Shown here: positions 43,462-52,189 of the stretch, piece after piece
Layout of the letters: every line of letters starts with the position of its first letter
How positions within the stretch are numbered: position 1 is the stretch's first letter
NCBI GenBank assembly: GCA_016936235.1
Contig: JAFGPK010000042.1
Location: 32-64,031, forward strand
Direction of reading: 5' to 3'
DNA from: Candidatus Fermentibacteraceae bacterium
Lineage (GTDB): Bacteria; Fermentibacterota; Fermentibacteria; Fermentibacterales; JCC-6
Length of the DNA stretch: 64,000 nt
Notes under the pieces: generated by a model
What the model was told of the DNA's origin: nothing
Seen by the model: the letters and a program-made list of their open reading frames with translations, nothing else
The model's database searches: none
Program-made: the position numbers and the translations under genes

Positions 43462-46400
43462 CTACCCCAGAGACCCGATCATGTCTCTGTAGTATACCAT
43501 CGGACTCCTATCGTACAGTCTCTGGTATACTCCAAGAGCCCCCCGCCTCTCCTCCGGTCTGCCGGTGATATCGAATATGATCAGTCGTGCGATAGCCTCT
43601 CCCTCGGTATCGGGGAAACTGTCGATTATCTTCTCCGCCAGTGCAAGTACTTTCTCATCGCTGCAGGTATTCTTTTCCGCTATCATCCGTATGACGGGCC
43701 TGTACCAGACGTTCTCCAGCAGCACCTGATCATCGGGGACAGCCAGCATCATATCCAGCACCCTGCGCACCTCATCCGGCATGCCGAGCCTGTCATACGC
43801 TCTGGCCAGGTAGTACATGAACTCGAGCGCACTTCCAAGATCACCCGCCTGTGTGGATGAGCCGATGGCTTCCCTCAGCGGCGTGACCGCGGCTTCCGCT
43901 TCGCCTCTCAGGAAGGTCGTCAGTCCCAGCTTCCCCCTGGCGGATCCCAGGGCCCTGGTGTCTCCCAGAGCCGCCGCCGTCCTCACCGCTTCCTCCAGGA
44001 AAGCGACAGAACCGCTGTAATCGCCAAGGTAGAACTTGATCTCCCCGATGTTCTGACTCAGCAGCCGTATACCCTTCCTGTCGTTCATGCTTCCGGCCAG
44101 GGCCAGGGCTTCCTCGAAGATCTCCAGGGCCCTGCCGTACTCGCCCCTTGCTGTGGAAATCGCGGCCAGATTGTTCAGAAGCACGCGGACGACATGCCTG
44201 TTGCCGACTTTCTCCGCGTTCTCTATGGCCTTCTTGTAGTACTTCTCCGCCTCATCCACTCTTCCCTGAAGGTACATGATGTTCCCGAAGTTCAGAGCGG
44301 CCAGATTACGTCTGGATCTCAGCCTCTCACCGGTCCTCATGCTCTTCCTGTAGCATTCTGCGGCTCTATCGAGGTCGTTGATCTTCTGGTAGACCAGGCC
44401 TAGATTGTTGTATGTGAACATCATAGCTTCAAGGTATCCGCTGTCCTCCGGAAGGTCCTTGAAATAACCCAGAGCCCTGCTGAAGATGGCCTTGGCTTCC
44501 TCGATCATGTTCCGGTCTATGTAAACCGTTCCTGTGTTGTTGTATACTTTCGCCAGGGATAGAGTGTCTCCCCGGTCCTCGTAGTGGATCTCGGCCATCT
44601 TGAAGCAATCAAGGGCCCTGTCGTTGTCGCCCATCCTGTGGTAAATGAAGCCCTTCCTGTTCAGGGCGTAGGCATGCGTATCCAATAGACCGGCCTGGAG
44701 TGCATGAGCCAGCACCTCATCGAAGATGGAGATCGCCACTTCCCATTCGCCGAGGAGCTCGTGGACTTCCCCGAGCTTCAGCAGCACCTCCATGTCCCTG
44801 CTATCCTGGGGCACGTATTCGATGTACTTCCTGTACATCTCGATGGCTTCCCTGTTTCGGTAGTTCCCGTAGGCATAATCCGCCGCTTTGAGAGTGTACT
44901 TCAGCATTCTTTGGAGCTGACCGCTTTTCTCGAAATGGTGGGAGAGGTCGGAGTACATCCTTGCGTCATCGGAGTAAAGTTCCTCGATGATATCTCCGGC
45001 CATGAGGTGAAGTCTGGCCAGCTGGCTCTCCATCTGCATGTCGTAAACGGAATCCCTTATGAGGGCGTGCCTGAAAATGTACTGCAGCTCGGAGAGCCTG
45101 TTCCATATCCGGGCGTCGGTACCTGTCTCGAGGTGCTTTGCCACTTTCGCACCCTTCAGCATCCCCGAGAGAACCCTGATGTTGAATCTTCGCCCCAGCA
45201 CCGAGGCATGCTTCACTGTCTGGCGAATATCCTCCTCCAGTGCGTCTACCCTGGAGATGATCACCTCTACGATGCTCCCCGGCAGACGGACATCCGGGGA
45301 AGTAAGCTCCGCGGCCTCCCCCGAGCACTCCAGCATGTGGTTGTCCAGAAGGTACATGATCATCTGCTCGATATAGAAAGGGTTCCCTTCTGCTTTCTCC
45401 TCGATGGCGCCGCGGAGTTCCTTCGAAGGCGGGCAGGGCAGGGCACTTTCGATCAAATCCAGCTGTTCCGGTTCCCTCAGTGCCGTCAGATCGATGTTGC
45501 AGGTTTCCGTGCCGTCCGGGACAAGCCGGGAAGGAGCATTACCCGGGCATGGTCTGGTAAGGATGCAGACGAAAGGCCCGTCAATGTCCAGCTGCGCCAG
45601 GAGGTCACCCAGCACCGAAAGTGTGTCAGCATCCACCCACTGGAAATCATCTATGACCATGAAGAGTCGCTTGTCACCGGTCAGGAGCCTGAGCAGGTGC
45701 ATGAATGCAAGTATTGTGTTGTCGAACCTGGACCGGGCGTCAAGCTGCGAATAATCTTCACACTCGTCAATCCCCAGGAACCCCTTGATAACGTACTTAA
45801 GCCTCTTCAGCTCGTCCGTGTGGTAGGAGAGGCTTCCACCGGAGAGGCTACCCACTTCTGTGATGGCCCTGAAGTTCCTCTCGAACGCGGTCTCCGACCC
45901 TGTTCGGTCCTCCAGACCGGACGTTCCCAGCACTTCCTCGAAGAAAGTCTCGATCGGATTGAGGCTCTTTGAGAGTATTTCATCGCACTTGAGATAGACA
46001 AGGCGGGTATCGGGGATCAGGGACCGGGCCTGATGGATGAACCTTGTTTTGCCTATACCCGCTTCACCTGACACGAGCAGAGCAGCAGTCCGCCCTCCCT
46101 GAAGCGTGCGTTCCGCCAGCTCCAGAACCATCCGCAACTCACGGTTCCGGCCGACGAACCTGTTCTCGAAAAGGAACTCGGAGGTACCGGCCCTTCGTCC
46201 TCTGACTCGGTAACAGGACACTGCATTCATCGAGCCCCTCAGCGGAATGTCCCAGAGGGTCTCAAGCTGAATATCCTCCTTCAACGCCCTTCCCATCTCC
46301 AGGGATATCCGGACCTCACCGGGAGGGCAGCTCTCCATCAGTCGCGCGGCAGTGTTCACCTTGTCCCCTATGACAGTGTAATGGCCCCTGAATCCAGGGG

Positions 46401-47355
46401 AACCTATGAAACCCGCGAAAACCCGCCCGTAGGTTATCCCGCTCCTTACCTTCAGTCCGAATCTGTCCCTGAGTTCCATTGCGAAACCGATGCTCCTGGT
46501 GACGCTTCTAGCGGATGTAAGGGGCGCTCCGAACAGAGTGAGGATGAGGTTGCCCTTATCCCCGCAGTCCAGGAGGTTGAAGTAGCCGCCGTACTCCCTG
46601 CTGGTCCTCATGACTGTGTCCACCAGTTCGTTCATGTCATCCATTTCACCGAATCCCGTGAACACCGATGCCACATCCCTGAACTCCGGTGAGCCAACCT
46701 TTGCGATGTAGTCCGGATGTACGAACACCTCTTCTGTTCCCGTACAATTTTCCACAGACGGTATACCGAACGGGGAAGTCGTTCCGGAATCGGTGCCCGG
46801 GACGTCATAGGAAATGTCTGCTTCGGATAATGCTGCTCCGATGCCCGTGAGTATCTCGCCGGTGGATGCCTCCGATTCCGCAGCCGCCGCGTTCATGACG
46901 GTTTCTCCACTGAAGAGGAATGCGCAGGGGCCCGAGCCGAAAATGTTCCAGCATACGCGCCCGGCGTCCAGTCCAGACCTGATGCCCACTGCATGCCGAT
47001 TGGATCCGGAGGAGACTCTGCCGGGGACAGAGGTCCTGATCTCCATGGCGGCCATGAGAGCGGCTCCGCCATCATCCCCGGGAAAGACCGCCGTGAAGGC
47101 GTCTCCTGCGAAATTAGCCACGAATCCTCCTCGGCGGTGGACGGACCTTATCATGAAGTCGAAAATTCCGTTCAGAATGTCCGAAAGCTGTTCAGCTCCC
47201 TTTTTCTGGAGGGTGAAGAGCGATTCGGTGAGACGCGTGAATCCGCTTATATCGGAGATCAGGACGGACCCCTGGAAATCACCTTCCCTGAGTCCCTTCT
47301 GGTACTGAGCCGCTATGAACGGCGGTACGAAATCCGCCCTGTTCTGATCTTTCAA
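43462..47355 (-). CDS. Tandem class III nucleotidyl-cyclase domains, AAA/STAND NTPase and a TPR-array protein
   Basis: 1297 aa. Cyclase domain 1 has VLISDISGFTRL...FAGDAFTAVF. Cyclase domain 2 has DCGDKGNLILTLFGAP...GITYGRVFAGFIG...YTVIGDKVNTAARLME. The P-loop is LLVSGEAGIGKTRF, and Walker B is LFMVIDDFQWVD. The C-terminal ~550 aa are TPR-like repeats (AIEMYRKYIE, ALNRKGFIYHRMGDNDRALDCF, YNNLGLVYQKINDLDRAAECY, and others). Confidence 0.85.
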   Translation of the reverse strand: MKDQNRADFVPPFIAAQYQKGLREGDFQGSVLISDISGFTRLTESLFTLQKKGAEQLSDILNGIFDFMIRSVHRRGGFVANFAGDAFTAVFPGDDGGAALMAAMEIRTSVPGRVSSGSNRHAVGIRSGLDAGRVCWNIFGSGPCAFLFSGETVMNAAAAESEASTGEILTGIGAALSEADISYDVPGTDSGTTSPFGIPSVENCTGTEEVFVHPDYIAKVGSPEFRDVASVFTGFGEMDDMNELVDTVMRTSREYGGYFNLLDCGDKGNLILTLFGAPLTSARSVTRSIGFAMELRDRFGLKVRSGITYGRVFAGFIGSPGFRGHYTVIGDKVNTAARLMESCPPGEVRISLEMGRALKEDIQLETLWDIPLRGSMNAVSCYRVRGRRAGTSEFLFENRFVGRNRELRMVLELAERTLQGGRTAALLVSGEAGIGKTRFIHQARSLIPDTRLVYLKCDEILSKSLNPIETFFEEVLGTSGLEDRTGSETAFERNFRAITEVGSLSGGSLSYHTDELKRLKYVIKGFLGIDECEDYSQLDARSRFDNTILAFMHLLRLLTGDKRLFMVIDDFQWVDADTLSVLGDLLAQLDIDGPFVCILTRPCPGNAPSRLVPDGTETCNIDLTALREPEQLDLIESALPCPPSKELRGAIEEKAEGNPFYIEQMIMYLLDNHMLECSGEAAELTSPDVRLPGSIVEVIISRVDALEEDIRQTVKHASVLGRRFNIRVLSGMLKGAKVAKHLETGTDARIWNRLSELQYIFRHALIRDSVYDMQMESQLARLHLMAGDIIEELYSDDARMYSDLSHHFEKSGQLQRMLKYTLKAADYAYGNYRNREAIEMYRKYIEYVPQDSRDMEVLLKLGEVHELLGEWEVAISIFDEVLAHALQAGLLDTHAYALNRKGFIYHRMGDNDRALDCFKMAEIHYEDRGDTLSLAKVYNNTGTVYIDRNMIEEAKAIFSRALGYFKDLPEDSGYLEAMMFTYNNLGLVYQKINDLDRAAECYRKSMRTGERLRSRRNLAALNFGNIMYLQGRVDEAEKYYKKAIENAEKVGNRHVVRVLLNNLAAISTARGEYGRALEIFEEALALAGSMNDRKGIRLLSQNIGEIKFYLGDYSGSVAFLEEAVRTAAALGDTRALGSARGKLGLTTFLRGEAEAAVTPLREAIGSSTQAGDLGSALEFMYYLARAYDRLGMPDEVRRVLDMMLAVPDDQVLLENVWYRPVIRMIAEKNTCSDEKVLALAEKIIDSFPDTEGEAIARLIIFDITGRPEERRGALGVYQRLYDRSPMVYYRDMIGSLG

Positions 47356-47697
47356 TACATGCTTTCAGGTTCTTGGCAGAATGCTGTCCCGCTGACAGAA
47401 TCAATCATACTTCGGGTGGCTTTCAAAGGTCAAAGCCGGTCTCACGGTCAAGGCCCCTTCAGCAGGCTGCCCCGAGGTTCCTTCGCGGTTGGCTTGCCCT
47501 GGGATTTCTGATATTTTCCACGCATGTTGTCTGGAATAACAGCTGAAATGTTCAGAGAAAAGGGGATCTGTCTTCTTGATGTCTCTCCTCCTGACGGCCC
47601 TGGCGACAAGGCTGCCGCGCTGGTCTGGAGTCACGCACCATCGGATTCACCCTGGTGACGAGATGTTCATTCAGCGCAGTCCCGCCTGTTTGACAGG

Positions 47698-48453
47698 TTG
47701 CCCCGGATGACCGACCGGCACAGGCTGTCGGAGGAATGGTCGAGGCTCTCGGCGCCCTGGATAAGGGAGGCGCGTGAGGGCAGGAACGCCACCAGAGAGG
47801 GTCTTCTCGACCAGCCCATGCTGGAGGCCTGCGGGGATGTCACCGGGCTGAGGATCATCGACCTGGGCTGCGGCGAGGGCCGCTTCTGCAGACTGCTCCT
47901 CGGGAAGGGAGCGCTCCGTGTCCTGGGCGTTGATCTATGCACGCCCATGATTGACGCCGCTGAACAGCTGCGGACTAAAGGAGACGAATACCTCGCAGCC
48001 GATGTACAGGATCTTGGTTTCCTGGAGGACGGTTCTTTCGACCTTGCCGTGTCCTACCTGAACCAGTGCGACCTGCCGGATCACACGGCCAACAACAGGG
48101 AGGTTTTCCGGGTTCTCAGACCTGGAGGCAGGTTCGTGGTGGCCAACCTCCACCCTATGAGATCGGCGGTGGGGGGCTGGCACATGGACGAGGAGGGGGA
48201 GAAGAGTCATGTCATACTCGATCGTTACTTTCAAGAGGGAGAGAGACGTTGGCGCATGATGGGTGTAGACTTCACCAACTTCCACCGCACCCTGTCCGGA
48301 TACGTGAACGGATTCCTCGACGCAGGTTTCGTATTGAGGGGACTCCATGAGCCTACGGTCTCCGAGGATGGACTGGCCGAGTACCCTGAACTAAGCGACG
48401 AAGTCAGGGTCCCGAACTTCATCATCTACATTCTGGAGAAGTCATCCATCTAG
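47698..48453 (+). CDS. Class I SAM-dependent methyltransferase
   Basis: Motif I is LRIIDLGCGEGRFCRLL. It also has FDLAVSYLNQCDL and VLRPGGRFVVANLHP. The start is TTG 47698 or ATG 47707; neither has a clear ribosome-binding site. Confidence 0.8.
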   Translation: MPRMTDRHRLSEEWSRLSAPWIREAREGRNATREGLLDQPMLEACGDVTGLRIIDLGCGEGRFCRLLLGKGALRVLGVDLCTPMIDAAEQLRTKGDEYLAADVQDLGFLEDGSFDLAVSYLNQCDLPDHTANNREVFRVLRPGGRFVVANLHPMRSAVGGWHMDEEGEKSHVILDRYFQEGERRWRMMGVDFTNFHRTLSGYVNGFLDAGFVLRGLHEPTVSEDGLAEYPELSDEVRVPNFIIYILEKSSI

Positions 48454-48460
48454 ACAGGAA

Positions 48461-48504
48461 AATGTCCCATTCTGGTGCCGGGCCTGAAAATGGGACATTA
48501 TTTC
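48461..48504. terminator. Bidirectional terminator hairpin between convergent genes
   Basis: AATGTCCCATT (48461-48471) and AATGGGACATT (48489-48499) form a perfect 11-bp stem with a 17-nt loop. The stem is followed by ATTTCGTCT on the + strand and TTTCCTGTCT on the minus strand. The right arm overlaps the stop codon of the 48498..50402 gene. Confidence 0.5.
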
Positions 48505-50402
48505 GTCTCCCTGATGGCGAGCTTGGCTTCCCTGTAAAGAAGCGCCTTCTGCTGCGATATTATCAGCTTCACATCCGCCCACACCATCCCCTGGGACTCT
48601 CCGAAGGCCTGAAGCAGGTTCTTCTCCTCGCCTGTGAGCCTTCCGTCCGATAGCACCATCCTGGACATCGCTGCCAGTATCTCCCTGGCCTCTCCCTGGG
48701 AGCCCGGTGCGGGCAGGGTGTTCTCACCGGACTTGACCGTCTCGATGATGTCGCTTAACTGCTCATCTGTCATATGGCGCCTGGCAGCGAAGGAGGAAAG
48801 GGTCTTCATCTCCTTGTCGTCAACCTCGCCGTCGGCGTACATGGCCTTGACCATTGCGGCTAGAATCAGTTCCGGTGGTACAAGGGCCGCATGCTCGATC
48901 CCGTCCACGGCCCTGGCAGTTATCCTGGATGCGGAGAACCTCTCAACGGATTCCAGCACCCAGTCCTGACTGCCGTCGTTCAGAGGCCTGCCGCAGTAGT
49001 CGCATGCCCCGGTGCTGCCACCCTGGTAGGGTGCCCCGCATCCGGGACAGTGTGACGACATGAAGCTCTGATCGGCGCCGGTCCTCACGCCATGCTTGCG
49101 CACCAGCGTGAATACCTGAGGTCTTATCATCTTGCTTCCGGTAACCCTTACCGTGCCCTCCCTGTTCCTGCGGGCGTTGATGCCGGACCATTTTACCAGT
49201 ACGACTATGCGGTCCATACGGTTAGTGGTTCCCAGAACAATCTCCTGCACCTCCACCGCTCCGACGGCGGCATCCTTGAAGAAGAGCCAGTCCTCACCGG
49301 CCATGGTACTCATTACCTGTTTCTGGAAGCCCTCGAGGAACGATGGGAGCGTGACCTTGCGCGCCTCGGACACATCGCCCGTGAACCAGGACTTCATGAG
49401 CCGCCAGAATATCACGGAGGTCCTGTCCTCGATGTGCTGGAGATTGAAGCCGGGATCTATGGCAAGTATGTCGTCGAAACCCGGGATCAGTGATTTGTCC
49501 GATATCACGTTCCATTCGATCGACTGGGTTATCTCAGCCAGCACCCAGTCGTACTCACCGCTGGTGAGTACAGAATCGCAGTTCTCGCATCTTCCTGTGT
49601 CGCTGAGTTCGATGGGGGCCCCGCAGTTGGGACAGAATCCCTCGACGAGGCTTTTGCCCTCCAGTGTCTGGACACCGGGTTTGCGCAGGAAGCTCCAGTA
49701 TTCGGTGAATGGAGCGGAGGAGTTCCTGCGGATCCTCTTCCCTGTCTTCAGATCGACATCTGAATCGTCGGCCTGGGCCGTTATCTCGACATGGATCGTG
49801 TCGAAATGACGGTCTGTATATACACCGACGATCCTGGAACTGCGTACTGAAATGTTCTCCATCTTGTTCCGGAAACCCTCGGCTTTCTGCATTTCCGTCT
49901 GCAGGCTGAAACGCTCGTCGATGCCGTCGGAGATGAACTGCCGTACCGTTGAAAGATCCTGGTTCGACCAGGCTTCCTGTACCGCTATAAAGGCTCTGTT
50001 GATATTCTGGATGAACTTGCCTGTGGTGAATCCGGGGTCCCGTTGCTTTATCACCTCAAGGGCTTCCTGCATCTCCTGCTGCTCCTGCTGCTTCCTGAGC
50101 TTGCCGGCCCTTGCGATGGTGTGGGTTTCGTAGCCTCCCTTGGCTTTCTTGCTGAATTTGATGAAAAGGATTATCACCACAATGAGAAGAGGCACACCGA
50201 TTACGGGTTTCTCTATGGCCAGCCGGATAAGAAGGTAGAAGATATACCCGCTGCCTCCTCCTCCTCCTCCCCCACCGCCTCCACCGCCGCCGTAACTGCC
50301 CCCGCCGCCAGCCCTTCCGAGGGCGGTTGACGCGAGTATCAGCAGAATAATGGCAACGAAAAGGAGTAAAAGGCCCGTTCTTCTTCTATCTTTGTCAGAC
50401 AC
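48498..50402 (-). CDS. Membrane-anchored Tim44-like domain protein with zinc ribbons and a C-terminal TerB-like domain
   Basis: 634 aa. It has a TM helix, a Gly tract and a second TM helix (GGGGSYGGGGGGGGGGGGGSGYIFYLLIRL...). The Tim44-like region is IKQRDPGFTTGKFIQNINRAFIAVQEAWSNQDLSTVRQFISD. The zinc ribbons are CPNCGAPI...CENCDS and CPGCGAPY...CDYCGRPL. The C-terminus MVKAMYADGEVDDKEMKTLSSFAARRHM...VLSDGRLTGEEKNLL resembles a TerB fold. Confidence 0.7.
   Translation of the reverse strand: MSDKDRRRTGLLLLFVAIILLILASTALGRAGGGGSYGGGGGGGGGGGGGSGYIFYLLIRLAIEKPVIGVPLLIVVIILFIKFSKKAKGGYETHTIARAGKLRKQQEQQEMQEALEVIKQRDPGFTTGKFIQNINRAFIAVQEAWSNQDLSTVRQFISDGIDERFSLQTEMQKAEGFRNKMENISVRSSRIVGVYTDRHFDTIHVEITAQADDSDVDLKTGKRIRRNSSAPFTEYWSFLRKPGVQTLEGKSLVEGFCPNCGAPIELSDTGRCENCDSVLTSGEYDWVLAEITQSIEWNVISDKSLIPGFDDILAIDPGFNLQHIEDRTSVIFWRLMKSWFTGDVSEARKVTLPSFLEGFQKQVMSTMAGEDWLFFKDAAVGAVEVQEIVLGTTNRMDRIVVLVKWSGINARRNREGTVRVTGSKMIRPQVFTLVRKHGVRTGADQSFMSSHCPGCGAPYQGGSTGACDYCGRPLNDGSQDWVLESVERFSASRITARAVDGIEHAALVPPELILAAMVKAMYADGEVDDKEMKTLSSFAARRHMTDEQLSDIIETVKSGENTLPAPGSQGEAREILAAMSRMVLSDGRLTGEEKNLLQAFGESQGMVWADVKLIISQQKALLYREAKLAIRETK
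50253..50291 (-). repeat. Simple-sequence tract encoding 13 consecutive glycines
   Basis: The + strand reads GCC (TCC)x5 CCC ACC GCC TCC ACC GCC GCC, which is 13 Gly codons on the minus strand (residues 38-50 of the Tim44-like protein). The (TCC)5 core at 50256-50270 could undergo in-frame slippage. Confidence 0.8.
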
Positions 50403-50542
50403 GGCACCCTCCTTGGCAGTAGCTGGATTAGCATACTGTATAGTTTTATGTTTATCATGTCCATAGTGGTTATTAAGCTCCGGGGAATGTCATCACATTG
50501 TCCAGGTTTTTTCAGGACCTGCCATCATTGAAAGGAACCCTC

Positions 50543-51001
50543 ATGCGAACCATCTGCATTTCAGTACTGACGCTGGCCATGGCTCTGCCGGTATTCCTGT
50601 CATCTTCGTGCGGCGGGGAATCCCCTCCGGAACAGGATGCCTCCGTGATCGAGGAAGCCCCATCAGATACCGCCGCGGTAATCGAGGAGGAAGTCCCGGT
50701 TCCGCCGGAGGATGTCCCCGGAACGGAGGCTCCGTCGGAGACGGCCGACGGACCTCAGGGATCATGGGATACCACGATGGGGGAAATGGTCTTCGTAGTG
50801 TCCGAATCAGGCGAGATCACCGGTGAGTATCCTCTGGGTACTGTCTCGGGAACCCTTGACGGGCATACTATGGAATACACCTATGCCGAAGGTTCTCTCA
50901 CCGGAGACGGAACATTCGAATTCGATGAAAACTTCGGTTCCTTCAGCGGTGTTCAGGATATTGCCGGGACCGAACTGGTCTGGGAGGGGCGTAGGATCTG
51001 A
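50543..51001 (+). CDS. Hypothetical lipoprotein
   Basis: The ATG at 50543 follows an AAAGGA box. The leader is MRTICISVLTLAMALPVFLSSSCGG (lipobox L-S-S-C). An acidic, Pro-rich linker and a small beta-rich domain follow. No family recognised. Confidence 0.6.
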   Translation: MRTICISVLTLAMALPVFLSSSCGGESPPEQDASVIEEAPSDTAAVIEEEVPVPPEDVPGTEAPSETADGPQGSWDTTMGEMVFVVSESGEITGEYPLGTVSGTLDGHTMEYTYAEGSLTGDGTFEFDENFGSFSGVQDIAGTELVWEGRRI

Positions 51002-51006
51002 CGGGA

Positions 51007-52188
51007 ATGAATGGCCGGACGGGTATCCCGGATTTCCTGAGGGAAAACGAGATAAAAAGCGATGCGGAGCCGCAGCCCCTTACCGACAGGGCCCTGACGG
51101 AAGCCTGGGAGGAACTCGAGCCTGATCTTCGAAGGTTTTCCGGATCCGGTATTGTGACCATAGTGGTCAACGACGCCACCCGTCCTCCGTCCCGTCCGAT
51201 GCTCGAACCTCTTGAGAGCATGCTGGACTGCGCTGTCCGGATACTCTTCGCAACAGGGACCCACCGACCGGTGACTGAAGAGGAGAGGACAAGGCTCATT
51301 GGAAACTGCTTTCCGGATGCATCCTGGAAGAACAGCGACTGTGACCTGCCGGAAATGGTCTTCATCGGAAGGACTTCCAGGGGTACACCCGTAAGCCTTG
51401 ACCCCTGGATTCTCGATGGAGGACCCGTCATTGCGTTGAATTCGGTGGAGCCGCACTACTTCGCCGGCTTCACCGGTGGAAGGAAGTCGTTCCTGCCCGG
51501 AGTAGCCTCCAGGGAGACAATAGTGAGGAACCACTACCAAGCCTGTCTGTCCGGCTCCGAGCCATGCAGGCTGGAGGGCAATCCCGTGCACGAGGACATG
51601 GTCGAGGCCCTGGCTATGCTGGAGGCAAGGGTGGAGATAATACAGGGGAACGGTGTGATGCACCGCGGAAGGCTGGTCGGTTTTTTTGCCGGGACCTGTA
51701 CTGATTCCTTCGCCAGGGCTTCTGAGTCATCAGCCTCCCTGGCGCGCATACCGGTGCAGGAGAGATCGGAACTCGTTATCCTTCACCCGGGAGAGCCTCT
51801 GCACATAAATCTGTACCAGTCGGAGAAGGCCATCTACAACTGCAGCCATATCGTTGAGGACGGCGGGACACTTCTTCTCGTTACCCCCTGCCCTGAAGGT
51901 CTCGGGGCGGAGCATCTCCGGCAGGCTTTCATCTCGTCCATGAGTGAAGACTGGAAGATTCCCGACACTGAGAGTTACGCCCTCGGCGATCATGCGATCG
52001 TTCGCCTCAGGGAGATGAGGAAAAGACTTACCATAGCCCTTGCCAGCGATCTTCCGGATGACCTGGTAAGGGAGATGGGGATGGAGCCGGTGCATGATGT
52101 GCGGTCATGGGTAATTGCCCGTGACCACACCAGAGCCGTGTTCATCCCCTCCGCTGGATTCGTGGTCCCGTATCTGGAAGACTCCTGA
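51007..52188 (+). CDS. LarA-family (DUF2088) protein, nickel-pincer-dependent lactate-racemase-like
   Basis: 393 aa. VTIVVNDATRPP, FATGTHRP, NSVEPHYFAGFTGGRKSFLPGVAS and TIVRNH line up by eye with the LarA catalytic His, cofactor-tethering Lys and Ni-binding His regions. No larB/C/E genes are in the window. Confidence 0.7.
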   Translation: MNGRTGIPDFLRENEIKSDAEPQPLTDRALTEAWEELEPDLRRFSGSGIVTIVVNDATRPPSRPMLEPLESMLDCAVRILFATGTHRPVTEEERTRLIGNCFPDASWKNSDCDLPEMVFIGRTSRGTPVSLDPWILDGGPVIALNSVEPHYFAGFTGGRKSFLPGVASRETIVRNHYQACLSGSEPCRLEGNPVHEDMVEALAMLEARVEIIQGNGVMHRGRLVGFFAGTCTDSFARASESSASLARIPVQERSELVILHPGEPLHINLYQSEKAIYNCSHIVEDGGTLLLVTPCPEGLGAEHLRQAFISSMSEDWKIPDTESYALGDHAIVRLREMRKRLTIALASDLPDDLVREMGMEPVHDVRSWVIARDHTRAVFIPSAGFVVPYLEDS

Positions 52189-52189
52189 C

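Noticed and set aside
44704-45972. 422-aa + strand ORF inside the cyclase-STAND-TPR gene
   Set aside because: It is an antisense shadow of a 1297-aa gene with cyclase, P-loop and TPR motifs.
47356-47697. Sigma-54-type promoter candidates (for example TGGCAGAATGCTGTC near 47374, and TTGGCAGTAGCTGG near 50413)
   Set aside because: The GG/GC spacing or the -12 TGC element does not fit the TGGCAC-N5-TTGC consensus. The only bEBP-like regulator in the window appears unable to use sigma-54 anyway.
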